DNA of 15,395 nucleotides from a virus (Duplodnaviria; Heunggongvirae; Uroviricota; Caudoviricetes): IMG/VR virus record IMGVR_UViG_2551306525_000003; one strand, 5' to 3'. Shown piece by piece: positions 8,525 to 15,395 of this stretch (position 1 is its first letter; each line of letters starts with the position of its first letter). The notes under the pieces were generated by a model. It saw only the letters and a program-made list of their open reading frames with translations, ran no database searches and was not told where the DNA came from. The position numbers and the translations under genes were made by a program.

Positions 8525-10033
8525 TTATTCTTCGGACTGGTCGTCGGTGTGCTGCGGCTCCTGTCGTTTCGTTGCGGCACTGCTGCCTCCTTTATCACTG
8601 GCCGGATCGGTATCAAATACCAGATCCAGCTTGCGGTTTTCATCAATTTCGGCCTTGCGCCGACGTTTGACATCATCCGGATTACGACCACCTGCACGTA
8701 CCCAGTCTGATTCTGTCGCCGCTCCACCACGAATCTGAATTTTCCAGGCCTCAGCCTCCTTAACAGGGTCAATCCACGGCATCACTGGTCCGGAATACAC
8801 CGCGGTATACAGTGAAGAACGGTCAAGATCGCGGGGTAGCCTGATAACACCGGATGCCACAGCCTGTTTCAGCCATGCACGATACATCGGGCGGGTGACG
8901 GCACCAATAAACCAGTCCTGCAGGATCAGGTAGCCATCAGTAGATTCAACCAGCTCCTGACGCTGGGCGCTGTAAGTGCCGTTATAGTTGCGCGCTGTAC
9001 TGGAAAAACTCAGACGACTGCCCGCCGCCACGGCACGCAACTGACCATTACGAAAAGTTTCAAGGTTAGGATTGGGGCGATCCGACTTCACCATTCCGAT
9101 TTCTTCGCCGGGTTTCAGATCGTCGTAAATAATGCCTGGCTGAATGGTAAGCTCGCGTTCCTTATCCTTGCTGCCATTACCATCCGGTTCATAGCTCTGC
9201 CCGTCGCCTTTGCGGATGTACATCCCCAGAGCAGCGGCGATCCTTGCTGCAGTCAGCTCATAATCTTCATAATCTTTCAGGGCACTGAGGCGGATCAGCA
9301 CACCGGACAACAAAGACGTCCCGCGCATCTGGTGCAGACGGCGAACAAATTTAAGATGCAGCATTCGCTCTGCATCCACTTCTTTGGTTTCCATCTGCCG
9401 TCCGGATACAGGACGACTTTTATACACCAGATATTTTTCGGGACGCCCCCAGTCATCAACAAACACGCCCTGATTCAGCCTGTTACTCTCATCACTGGTC
9501 ATGGGAATAAAGTCCGGTTCGAGCGCCTCCAGCCAGAAATGAACACCGGCAGAAGGCGTCAGGCTGTTTATGCGCCCGGAAACCATCTGGGCAAACACCT
9601 CACCATCGCGCAGCCAGGTACGCAGCATCAGACGTTCCAGCATCGGACGGGTAAACTGCCCGGTGACCTCCGGACTGACAGACCATTCACTCCATCGGGT
9701 ACGTATCTCCGCTGCCAGATCACGGGCAATGGCCCCATTGCGTAATACCGGATGTGGCTCGACAATAATCCCGTTTTTCCCCACCACCCGTTCTTCCAGC
9801 TTGTCAAATACACCAATAACCAGATCGTGGTTGTTATCAAGGTAACGGGCCTGCTCACGTAACGACACGGCCCCGTACTGGCTTAACTGGTCGGCAGTTC
9901 GGTTCTCCCGTCGGGCTTTGTGTGTCCGCGTCGTTTTTACGGCCTCATAAGCCTGGATCACCGCACGGGAACGCAGCCTTGCCGCTTTCCATCCTGGTGA
10001 AAAAACGCCAATCACATCATCAAGAATTGCCAT
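8525..10033 (-). CDS. Portal protein (lambda gpB family)
   Basis: About 500 aa in the canonical position between W and the protease/capsid gene. ATG at 10033 overlaps the W stop as TGATG, with GAGG 6 nt upstream; the track start at 10105 is a GTG. Confidence 0.85.
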   Translation of the reverse strand: MAILDDVIGVFSPGWKAARLRSRAVIQAYEAVKTTRTHKARRENRTADQLSQYGAVSLREQARYLDNNHDLVIGVFDKLEERVVGKNGIIVEPHPVLRNGAIARDLAAEIRTRWSEWSVSPEVTGQFTRPMLERLMLRTWLRDGEVFAQMVSGRINSLTPSAGVHFWLEALEPDFIPMTSDESNRLNQGVFVDDWGRPEKYLVYKSRPVSGRQMETKEVDAERMLHLKFVRRLHQMRGTSLLSGVLIRLSALKDYEDYELTAARIAAALGMYIRKGDGQSYEPDGNGSKDKERELTIQPGIIYDDLKPGEEIGMVKSDRPNPNLETFRNGQLRAVAAGSRLSFSSTARNYNGTYSAQRQELVESTDGYLILQDWFIGAVTRPMYRAWLKQAVASGVIRLPRDLDRSSLYTAVYSGPVMPWIDPVKEAEAWKIQIRGGAATESDWVRAGGRNPDDVKRRRKAEIDENRKLDLVFDTDPASDKGGSSAATKRQEPQHTDDQSEE

Positions 10034-10245
10034 CAGAACCTCGCCAGCCGGTACCCGGGATGCCCACGTCGTCGTGTAATCAGAGCCGCAAGGCGGCGCT
10101 CCCACTCCTGCCGCCCCTGCCGGATCTCAGATAAGTTTTCCATGGTCATCTGCTGACCATTAAAAGTGACGGATTTTCCGTCCAGCACCGCCATTTCAGC
10201 TTCCGTATAACGCTGAATCATGGCTTCAATATCATTCTGATTCAT
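10033..10245 (-). CDS. W: Head-tail connector gpW-like protein
   Basis: 70 aa from ATG 10245 (GGAGG 6 nt upstream, ATGA overlap with the terminase stop). The C-terminus RRRGHPGY resembles lambda gpW ...RRRGPAGFYV. Confidence 0.7.
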   Translation of the reverse strand: MNQNDIEAMIQRYTEAEMAVLDGKSVTFNGQQMTMENLSEIRQGRQEWERRLAALITRRRGHPGYRLARF

Positions 10246-12344
10246 AACCATCCTCCGGAAGTCAGCCAGGGGTTAACATCGTCAGTTACTGTTTTCTTCC
10301 GTTTTTGTTTTTTAACAGGCGTGGATACCGGTTCCGGTGAGGGTGACGGTTCGGTACTGTCCGGGACACACTCCAGCCAGGCTTCCCGGCTCGCCCACTC
10401 CGGTACATCCGGCCAGCGGATCTTTTCGTATCCATGCAGAATGACCAGAGCCTCGGCATACACCATCAGGTCAAAAGCTTCGTTGGCACCGCGACCCGGC
10501 TTACTCCATTTCCCGTCACTGCTCCGCTCTTCATACGTCAGTTCGTCGTAAAACCAGCTCCCCAGCCAGTCAGGGAAATGCACATAGCCGGGACCTGGCG
10601 AGTCACGCCATAACGCGTTATTCACCCGGTCTTTCAGGGCATCCGTCTGAAGAAGCCAGAGCGGCACATCACCTGCGGCCTGCGCCCGGCGGCCCGTTCG
10701 TCCGGTGTTATCAGGGAATGTACGGCTGATCAGTTTTGCGCGCCGGATGCTGTCACCCTTAAACAGGTAAATACGTTTACCAAGGCCATCACGACGGCAA
10801 CAACGCCAGAATTTATAGGCATTATCAGTGACCCCGTCTTCACCGCCGGAGTCCACCGCCATTGCCATCAGTCGCATTTGTTGAGAAGGATCGGAGGCCA
10901 GCGGCCAGCTTTTATGAAAAACATCCGTCAGCAGGACATCCCAGTCTTCCGGATAGCTGGCCGGATCAATTCGCTGGCTCTCCCCGTCGCTGTCACCGCG
11001 CAATGACTGCGTGATGTTGTAACGATCAATAATCCAGCGTTCGCCACGGCTGCCATAGCCCGTTACCTGAACCACAAAACGGCGATGACGTCCCGCCTGC
11101 ACATCCACTGTCGCCACAAGGAAATTAACGCCATCCGGCACACTGCGGGAAGGAACTGGCTCTGCCCGCTGCTCAAGCAATTCACTTTTTCGTTGATCCA
11201 TGCTGGCGCGGGGAAGATAAGGTAATCCCCAGTCGGTATTGATAACCGTCTTGAGTGTCTCTTCACTTCCGGTTGTCTCGTATTCCTGTTCTGCAGTAAG
11301 CAGTTTGTAAACGAGTTGCGAGAGTGTCTGATAAGCAGCTGCCGGACCCTCCATCCAGAATGACGCAATACGTGAACGCCGGGGATCACCATAACGACTG
11401 CCATCTGCATTGATGGATTCACCATCCCGTAACCAGACCCCACGTCCGTTCAGCTCGCGTTTTTGTTCAGGCAAAATCCGTCCTGAACAGGAAGGACACT
11501 GAATATAAGCCGCCTCACTTGCCAGCACAGGATCGGCAATATCACGGAAACCAGCAACCACATCGCCGCAGGGCTGAAAATACTCACCACAGTGTGGACA
11601 GGGCCAGTACCAGCGACGGCGATCGCCACGGTTATAGAGCGACAGGATCCCCGTGGTTGGTGGAGCCTCATGCGGTGAAGTCCGTCGCCATTTCACATCC
11701 TTCACATCCCTGCCGGGGGAACTCTCCACCAGCGTCATACCACTGGACATAAATGTGGTGGTACGTTTTGAGGCAAGAGAGAAGGCATCCCCCTCACCAT
11801 CAATATCTTCCGGAAAACGGTCATAATCCGTCAGCGCCACGCATTTATAATCTGATGAAGACATGATATTGACTGACGGCCAGCCGATTTTCAGGTAGTT
11901 GCCAGCAAGGAATGTTCTGTCATAAACGTTGTTGTCATTTTTGTTCGGACTCAGGCGACTGACCACTTCCGGGCTGACGCGAAACGTTCTGGCGAGTCGT
12001 TTTTTGGAGTGTTCGCGGGCTTTTTCCTCCGTCATCTGAATGATCAGCATATCAGCAGGATCGCAAATCACGTTGTAAATCACCCAGCCGTCAATCAGGC
12101 CGATAGTCTTGCCGGTTCGTGCCGGGCCAACAAATATCACTGCGTCGTATTCACGCGAGGCCAGGCAGTTCATAGGCTCAATAACATACGGTGCCACCAG
12201 CGGATCCCACGGGACTGAGTTCCCTGCCCCCATAGGCACCCGCATATACTGAGCAACGGCATCAGCAACCCGCATTCGTCTCGGTGCGCGAAGGATATAA
12301 CCTGAATCGGTTCGTGCTGCCTTTGCGGTTTCCTGATTCAGCAT
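10242..12344 (-). CDS. Terminase large subunit (GpA family)
   Basis: 700 aa with Walker A GPARTGKT and a CPHCG...CPSC zinc-ribbon-like motif, as in lambda gpA. The start overlaps the small-subunit stop as TAATG. Confidence 0.9.
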   Translation of the reverse strand: MLNQETAKAARTDSGYILRAPRRMRVADAVAQYMRVPMGAGNSVPWDPLVAPYVIEPMNCLASREYDAVIFVGPARTGKTIGLIDGWVIYNVICDPADMLIIQMTEEKAREHSKKRLARTFRVSPEVVSRLSPNKNDNNVYDRTFLAGNYLKIGWPSVNIMSSSDYKCVALTDYDRFPEDIDGEGDAFSLASKRTTTFMSSGMTLVESSPGRDVKDVKWRRTSPHEAPPTTGILSLYNRGDRRRWYWPCPHCGEYFQPCGDVVAGFRDIADPVLASEAAYIQCPSCSGRILPEQKRELNGRGVWLRDGESINADGSRYGDPRRSRIASFWMEGPAAAYQTLSQLVYKLLTAEQEYETTGSEETLKTVINTDWGLPYLPRASMDQRKSELLEQRAEPVPSRSVPDGVNFLVATVDVQAGRHRRFVVQVTGYGSRGERWIIDRYNITQSLRGDSDGESQRIDPASYPEDWDVLLTDVFHKSWPLASDPSQQMRLMAMAVDSGGEDGVTDNAYKFWRCCRRDGLGKRIYLFKGDSIRRAKLISRTFPDNTGRTGRRAQAAGDVPLWLLQTDALKDRVNNALWRDSPGPGYVHFPDWLGSWFYDELTYEERSSDGKWSKPGRGANEAFDLMVYAEALVILHGYEKIRWPDVPEWASREAWLECVPDSTEPSPSPEPVSTPVKKQKRKKTVTDDVNPWLTSGGWL

Positions 12345-12838
12345 TACTCCTCCTGCTGTAATTCCTCCTCATCATCCGCACCTGCTTCAGTCACCCGCAG
12401 GGCTATCTGATCGCGCAGATCATCAATAATGGACTGAACACGGCTCACAGCGGCAGGCTGCAGACCGCAGTCACGTTCAAGAATATCCGGTAATGTCTCC
12501 AGCACCTGCACGACCGCTTTTGCCCAGATGGCAAACTCCCGTCTGACATCACTGGCCGGAATGAGTTGTGCCGTTTCCTGTTCGAACTTAAGACGCTCAC
12601 GTTCAGACTGATACCAGGCTTTGCGCTCATGCGCGTCCATTTCGCCTTCTGCAACCGGCGGTGGTAATGCCAGAAATGCCGACACAATATCAACCACCCG
12701 ATAAAGCTTGAGGTTGCTTTCATGCCCCCCTGCAACGGGTAGATTTTGCAGCCTTGCCGCAGCAGTCTGGCGATGTACACCTGACAATGCCGCCAGTTGA
12801 CTGATATTCAGCGTCAGATTTTTTAACTCTCGATCCAT
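12344..12838 (-). CDS. Terminase small subunit (HTH DNA-binding, not Nu1-like)
   Basis: 164 aa with an N-terminal helix-turn-helix (LNISQLAALSGVHRQTAAARL) and an acidic C-terminal tail. GGAG sits 7 nt upstream of the ATG at 12838. It lies immediately upstream of the large subunit and 175 bp downstream of cosN. Confidence 0.75.
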   Translation of the reverse strand: MDRELKNLTLNISQLAALSGVHRQTAAARLQNLPVAGGHESNLKLYRVVDIVSAFLALPPPVAEGEMDAHERKAWYQSERERLKFEQETAQLIPASDVRREFAIWAKAVVQVLETLPDILERDCGLQPAAVSRVQSIIDDLRDQIALRVTEAGADDEEELQQEE

Positions 12839-12930
12839 ACCCGCTCCAGAATGTTTTAAACATGCATCTTGCGAACAACTTTAGGCAAACGGTGTTAGTG
12901 ATGAACAAAAAACAATCAGAATCGACACCA

Positions 12931-12970
12931 TAAAAATAAAACCACTGTAATATCAATCAATTACAGTGGT
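12931..12970 (-). repeat. Perfect 10-bp inverted repeat with 10-bp spacer and flanking T-run, in the cosB-equivalent position
   Basis: ACCACTGTAA (12941-12950), spacer TATCAATCAA, TTACAGTGGT (12961-12970). On the minus strand the stem is followed by TTTATTTTTA. It lies between cosN and the terS start. Confidence 0.5.
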
Positions 12971-12989
12971 GGTGATGACGAATAAAATT

Positions 12990-13060
12990 TCAAAAACTAG
13001 CCTTTTTCCGCGACGCTCCCGCCCCGTGGCAGGACACCCCACCGGGAGGACCCGTCAGCC
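12990..13060 (-). other. cos: cos site (cosQ/cosN-like); 12-nt cohesive-end candidate at 13013..13024
   Basis: Minus strand reads ACGGGTCCTCCCGGTGGGGTGTCCTGCCACG / GGGCGGGAGCGT / CGCGGAAAAAGGCTAGTTTTTGAAATTTTATTCGTCAT. This parallels the lambda right-end/left-end junction ...ACGGGTCCTTTCCGGTGATCCGACAGGTTACG / GGGCGGCGACCT / CGCGGGTTTTCGCTATTTATGAAAATTTTCCGG...TTCGTCAT, with the 12-mer differing at 4 positions. Confidence 0.65.
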
Positions 13061-13195
13061 TGACAGCTCTGACGAACGTCTGATACAACGCCTTGCATGA
13101 ATGGCATCGGGTTAATCCAGAAAGGCATAGCATCGTGCCCACAAGAATCTGTGTAAGTGTCCTGTTTCTTCCACCCCCGCACAGGACTGGCGAGC

Positions 13196-13372
13196 ATGAG
13201 GGACAAACCCGCGAACCATAAACGCGGTAAAAACCCGGTGTGCATCGTTTTTGATTATTCCCGCACACTCGCGCAGAAGGAGTTCCCCGTCGGGCTACGG
13301 TCTCTGTTAATACGGGAATACGGCGACGATACAGCGCATGATGTGTCAGGCTTGAATACCTTTATCCGTTAA
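13196..13372 (+). CDS. Hypothetical small protein (58 aa), opposite in orientation to the late operon
   Basis: ATG 13196 with AGGA 9 nt upstream; translation MRDKPANHKRGKNPVCIVFDYSRTLAQKEFPVGLRSLLIREYGDDTAHDVSGLNTFIR. A plus-strand hairpin with T-tail follows 48 nt downstream. No family recognised; it may be non-coding structured DNA. Confidence 0.3.
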   Translation: MRDKPANHKRGKNPVCIVFDYSRTLAQKEFPVGLRSLLIREYGDDTAHDVSGLNTFIR

Positions 13373-13420
13373 AAGGGATATCAGTTAAGCTATCCCGTGT
13401 AGGGTATAAGCCATTATCAA

Positions 13421-13446
13421 AGCCACTCTGTAGGGAGTGGCTTTTG
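13421..13446 (+). terminator. Stem-loop with T-tail on the plus strand downstream of the small ORF (the stem also reads as a hairpin on the minus strand)
   Basis: AGCCACTC-TGTAGG-GAGTGGCT followed by TTTTGT: an 8-bp perfect stem. Confidence 0.45.
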
Positions 13447-13451
13447 TAATG

Positions 13452-13479
13452 GCAATAAAAAGCCCCGCGAATGCGAGGC
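13452..13479 (-). terminator. Rho-independent terminator-like hairpin downstream of Rz
   Basis: Minus strand GCCTCGC-ATTC-GCGGGGC (7-bp stem with one G-U pair) followed by TTTTTATTGCC, about 175 nt past the Rz stop. Confidence 0.45.
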
Positions 13480-13653
13480 TAAATCCTGGTATTTGTAATG
13501 ACTGGCTCTTATCTCAACGCAGCCCCTTACCGCGCGCAAGATGCTCAATATCAAGCATCAGCAATGAGATGTTTAATCTGGATTCACTCCAGAAGTGATC
13601 ACCATCCTGTCTACAGAGCCAGATGTGAAGGACGATGAGTAAAATTATCGCTA

Positions 13654-14121
13654 TCATCGAAGGCATTGCATCCTGATGTATTCCTGAAGCGTTCTCAGTG
13701 CTGTTTGGTCGCGGATAATTCCGTCCCGGATACCGAGAACGTTTCGTCCAGCAACTGGAGAGAGTTCGACGGTGGCATCATTGCCCATGCCGGAGGCGCT
13801 GGAGGTTTCGGCTGAGGATGGCACAGGGCATTTTCCTTTGACGAACACCCGACCACCATTATCAAGCTTGCGCCGAAGAGCATCATTTTCAGCTTTCGCA
13901 TCAGCTAACTCCTTCGTGTATTTAGCATCGAGTGCATCAGCAGAACGCTGGCGCTGCTGCATGTCAGTAATGGTGGCGGTCGCCTGCTTCAGCTCACTGA
14001 CTTTTTTATCTCGCTGTTCTTTGTAGGCGATGGCGTTATCACGGTAATGATTGACCGCCCACGACAGGCAGACGATGATGCAGATAACCAGAGCGGAGAT
14101 AATCGCGGTTACTCTGCTCAT
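13654..14121 (-). CDS. Rz: Spanin inner-membrane subunit Rz (i-spanin)
   Basis: The N-terminal half matches lambda Rz closely ([37 protein letters not shown]...[19 protein letters not shown]). ATG at 14121 overlaps the endolysin stop as ATGA. Confidence 0.9.
   Translation of the reverse strand: MSRVTAIISALVICIIVCLSWAVNHYRDNAIAYKEQRDKKVSELKQATATITDMQQRQRSADALDAKYTKELADAKAENDALRRKLDNGGRVFVKGKCPVPSSAETSSASGMGNDATVELSPVAGRNVLGIRDGIIRDQTALRTLQEYIRMQCLR
13695..13901 (-). CDS. Rz1: Spanin outer-membrane lipoprotein Rz1 (o-spanin), embedded in the +1 frame of Rz
   Basis: Translation [21 protein letters not shown]...PKPPAPPAW has a lipobox (VVGC) and the proline-rich stretch seen in lambda Rz1 (MLKLKMML...VVGCTS...PPPPPAW). 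Fully nested inside Rz. Confidence 0.7.
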   Translation of the reverse strand: MRKLKMMLFGASLIMVVGCSSKENALCHPQPKPPAPPAWAMMPPSNSLQLLDETFSVSGTELSATKQH

Positions 14122-14615
14122 TGTTGCCCCCACAAACAGACTTCACGCTCAATCTCACGACGAGTCATCAGGCCTTTCCATTGCTTACCGCCAGCGTATA
14201 TCCAGCGACGTAGCTGGTCACATGCGCCTTTGATATCGCCCTGGTTTATTTTGCGAAGAAGCGTCGATGTTCTGAAATTGCCAGCACCCACGTTGTAGAC
14301 GAACGAGTAAAGAGCGCCGCGCGTTGTTTCCGGTATATCGACTTTGATGTACGGGTTAATTTGTCTGGCAACCGTGGCAAGGTCTTTATTCAGGAGGGCT
14401 TTGCATTCTGCTTCGGTATACGTTTTACCGAGCATGATGTCTTTTCCGGTGTGTCCGTGACATACAGTCCATACGCCAACGATATCTTTGTATGGTATGT
14501 AGCTGACACCTTCCAGGCCATCGTCACCACTTGGGCCAGTGATTAACACTGATGCTATAGCAATTGCTCCGCCACCAATAGCAGCAGCAACTGCTTTTCG
14601 TAATGATGGAGGCAT
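14118..14615 (-). CDS. R: SAR endolysin (phage 21 R21-type lysozyme with N-terminal signal-anchor-release domain)
   Basis: 165 aa, near-identical to phage 21 R21 as I recall it. It has a Gly/Ala-rich weakly hydrophobic N-terminus ([20 protein letters not shown]) and the catalytic region [22 protein letters not shown]. The start overlaps the holin stop as TAATG. Confidence 0.9.
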   Translation of the reverse strand: MPPSLRKAVAAAIGGGAIAIASVLITGPSGDDGLEGVSYIPYKDIVGVWTVCHGHTGKDIMLGKTYTEAECKALLNKDLATVARQINPYIKVDIPETTRGALYSFVYNVGAGNFRTSTLLRKINQGDIKGACDQLRRWIYAGGKQWKGLMTRREIEREVCLWGQQ

Positions 14616-14830
14616 TATTCACCTCTCGCAGCCTTGCGCTTATCTTCTTTAATCTTGAAATAAAGGTTTGTCAGGTACGTCAGCAGGCCAAATACCAGAC
14701 TACCCAGCACACCTATTGCCGCCCACTGTGAGGGCGTGACTTTATCGAGCAACTGTAAAAACCAGTACCCGGCACTACCTGCTGAGGTGCCATAGGCGAC
14801 ACCCGTTGTTAACTTATCCATGGATTTCAT
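14615..14830 (-). CDS. S: Pinholin (phage 21 S21-type class II holin/antiholin with dual start)
   Basis: 71 aa from ATG 14830 with GAGGTG 6 nt upstream. Translation [71 protein letters not shown] shows the dual-start motif (Met1 and Met4), two transmembrane domains and a basic C-terminus. The track start at 14893 is an upstream extension. Confidence 0.85.
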
Positions 14831-14865
14831 AACCCCACCTCGCAGATGCGGGTGCTGTGTAATGG

Positions 14866-14891
14866 AAATAAAAAGGCCACCTGACGTGGCC
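14866..14891 (-). terminator. Rho-independent terminator-like hairpin between the methyltransferase gene and the holin
   Basis: Minus strand GGCCAC-GTCAG-GTGGCC followed by TTTTTATTT, 7 nt past the methyltransferase stop (14898) and 36 nt upstream of the holin start. Confidence 0.45.
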
Positions 14892-14897
14892 ACCAGA

Positions 14898-15395
14898 TTA
14901 TTTCCCCACCAGCTCGTTTATCTCTTTCACTGTCTGGTTAAACCGCTCTGACTCAAGCTCAACACCTAAGGCCCGACGCCCCATCGCCATTGCTGCTTTT
15001 ATTGTGGAACCGGATCCCATAAAAAAATCAGCAACCAGATCACCAGGTCGACTACTGGCATTGATTATTTGCCTGAGCATATCCGCCGGTTTCTCGCACG
15101 GATGTTTACCCGGGTAGAACTGAACGGGTTTATGCATCCAGACATCGGTATAAGGCACGGAGACTGATACGGAGAAATAGCGCCGGAGAGATTTAAACTC
15201 ATCCAGCAATTCAGAATATTTGCGATTCAGTGAATCATAAGATGCCACCAGCTGGTGGTGTGGTTGTTCCAGTTGTTGTTCCTGAAACTTCTCTGCCGCT
15301 ATACGGGAAAACAGTGCCTGTAACTTCCGATAGTCAGCCTCATTCGGCAACTGCCACTGACTGGCACCAAACCAGTGGGAAACCATATTTTTCTT
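14898..15395 (-). CDS. DNA methyltransferase (N6-adenine/N4-cytosine beta class), C-terminal part; the N-terminus probably lies beyond the window end
   Basis: The C-terminus carries the AdoMet-binding motif I (DFFMGSGST) preceded by HPCEKP, the arrangement of beta-class amino-methyltransferases. It occupies the Q-to-S accessory slot typical of lambdoid prophages. Confidence 0.6.

Noticed and set aside
8511-10105. ORF-track N-terminal extensions: capsid 8772, portal 10105 (GTG), holin 14893, tape measure 4807 (TTG), Rz 14133, DUF2190-like 6511
   Set aside because: In each case an internal ATG with a proper ribosome-binding site and/or a coupled overlap with the upstream stop codon gives a start consistent with homologues; the longer versions would overlap upstream genes extensively.
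12445-12780. 111-aa minus-strand ORF nested out of frame inside the small terminase gene
   Set aside because: It overlaps a well-supported gene in another frame, and its Arg/Cys/Trp-rich translation lacks any ribosome-binding site.
12990-13268. Minus-strand ORFs (92 aa and 82 aa) spanning the cos region
   Set aside because: They cover the cosN/cosQ DNA, overlap each other in different frames, and lack ribosome-binding sites; the sequence is better explained as the cos site and a regulatory region.
13376-13653. Expected a bor-like lipoprotein gene or tRNA genes between Rz and cos
   Set aside because: No ORF with a signal peptide or lipobox is present, and I could not find tRNA-like T-arm motifs (GGTTCGAATCC-type) or cloverleaf-compatible repeats. 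The interval appears to hold only hairpins.
13635-13676. 13-codon plus-strand mini-ORF ([13 protein letters not shown]) with an AAGGA ribosome-binding site, antisense to the Rz 3' end
   Set aside because: Too short to support as a gene and overlaps the Rz stop region. It may be a chance ORF or a remnant; noted only in case ribosome profiling exists.
1-15395. CRISPR arrays, rRNA genes, integrase or attachment sites, toxin-antitoxin or recognisable anti-phage defence operons
   Set aside because: There are no regularly spaced direct repeats and no ORFs with hallmark motifs of these classes. The window is almost entirely one co-directional structural and lysis operon plus the IS end.

Overview
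This window is the late (lysis plus morphogenesis) arm of a lambda-like siphovirus prophage in an Escherichia-type enterobacterial genome, with every gene on the minus strand. Reading the minus strand from 15395 down to 1: a partial late-region DNA methyltransferase, a phage-21-type lysis cassette (S21-like pinholin, SAR endolysin, Rz with embedded Rz1), a lambda-like cos site, small and large terminase subunits, a gpW-like connector, the portal, a fused ClpP-like prohead protease/major capsid protein, two small head/connector proteins, gpZ-like and gpU-like tail completion proteins, a 1021-aa tape measure, gpM, gpL and gpK. Two lesions suggest the prophage is defective. The major tail protein and tail chaperone genes (V, G, G-T) are missing between U and H, with the U reading frame running on into the H start. 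gpK is cut at its 3' end by an IS186-like insertion sequence that fills positions 1-235. I found no tRNA, rRNA or CRISPR array, and no recognisable defence or toxin system; the only candidate accessory locus is a small plus-strand ORF with flanking terminators in the Rz-cos gap. All homology statements come from reading the translations against remembered lambda and phage 21 proteins, not from a database search.
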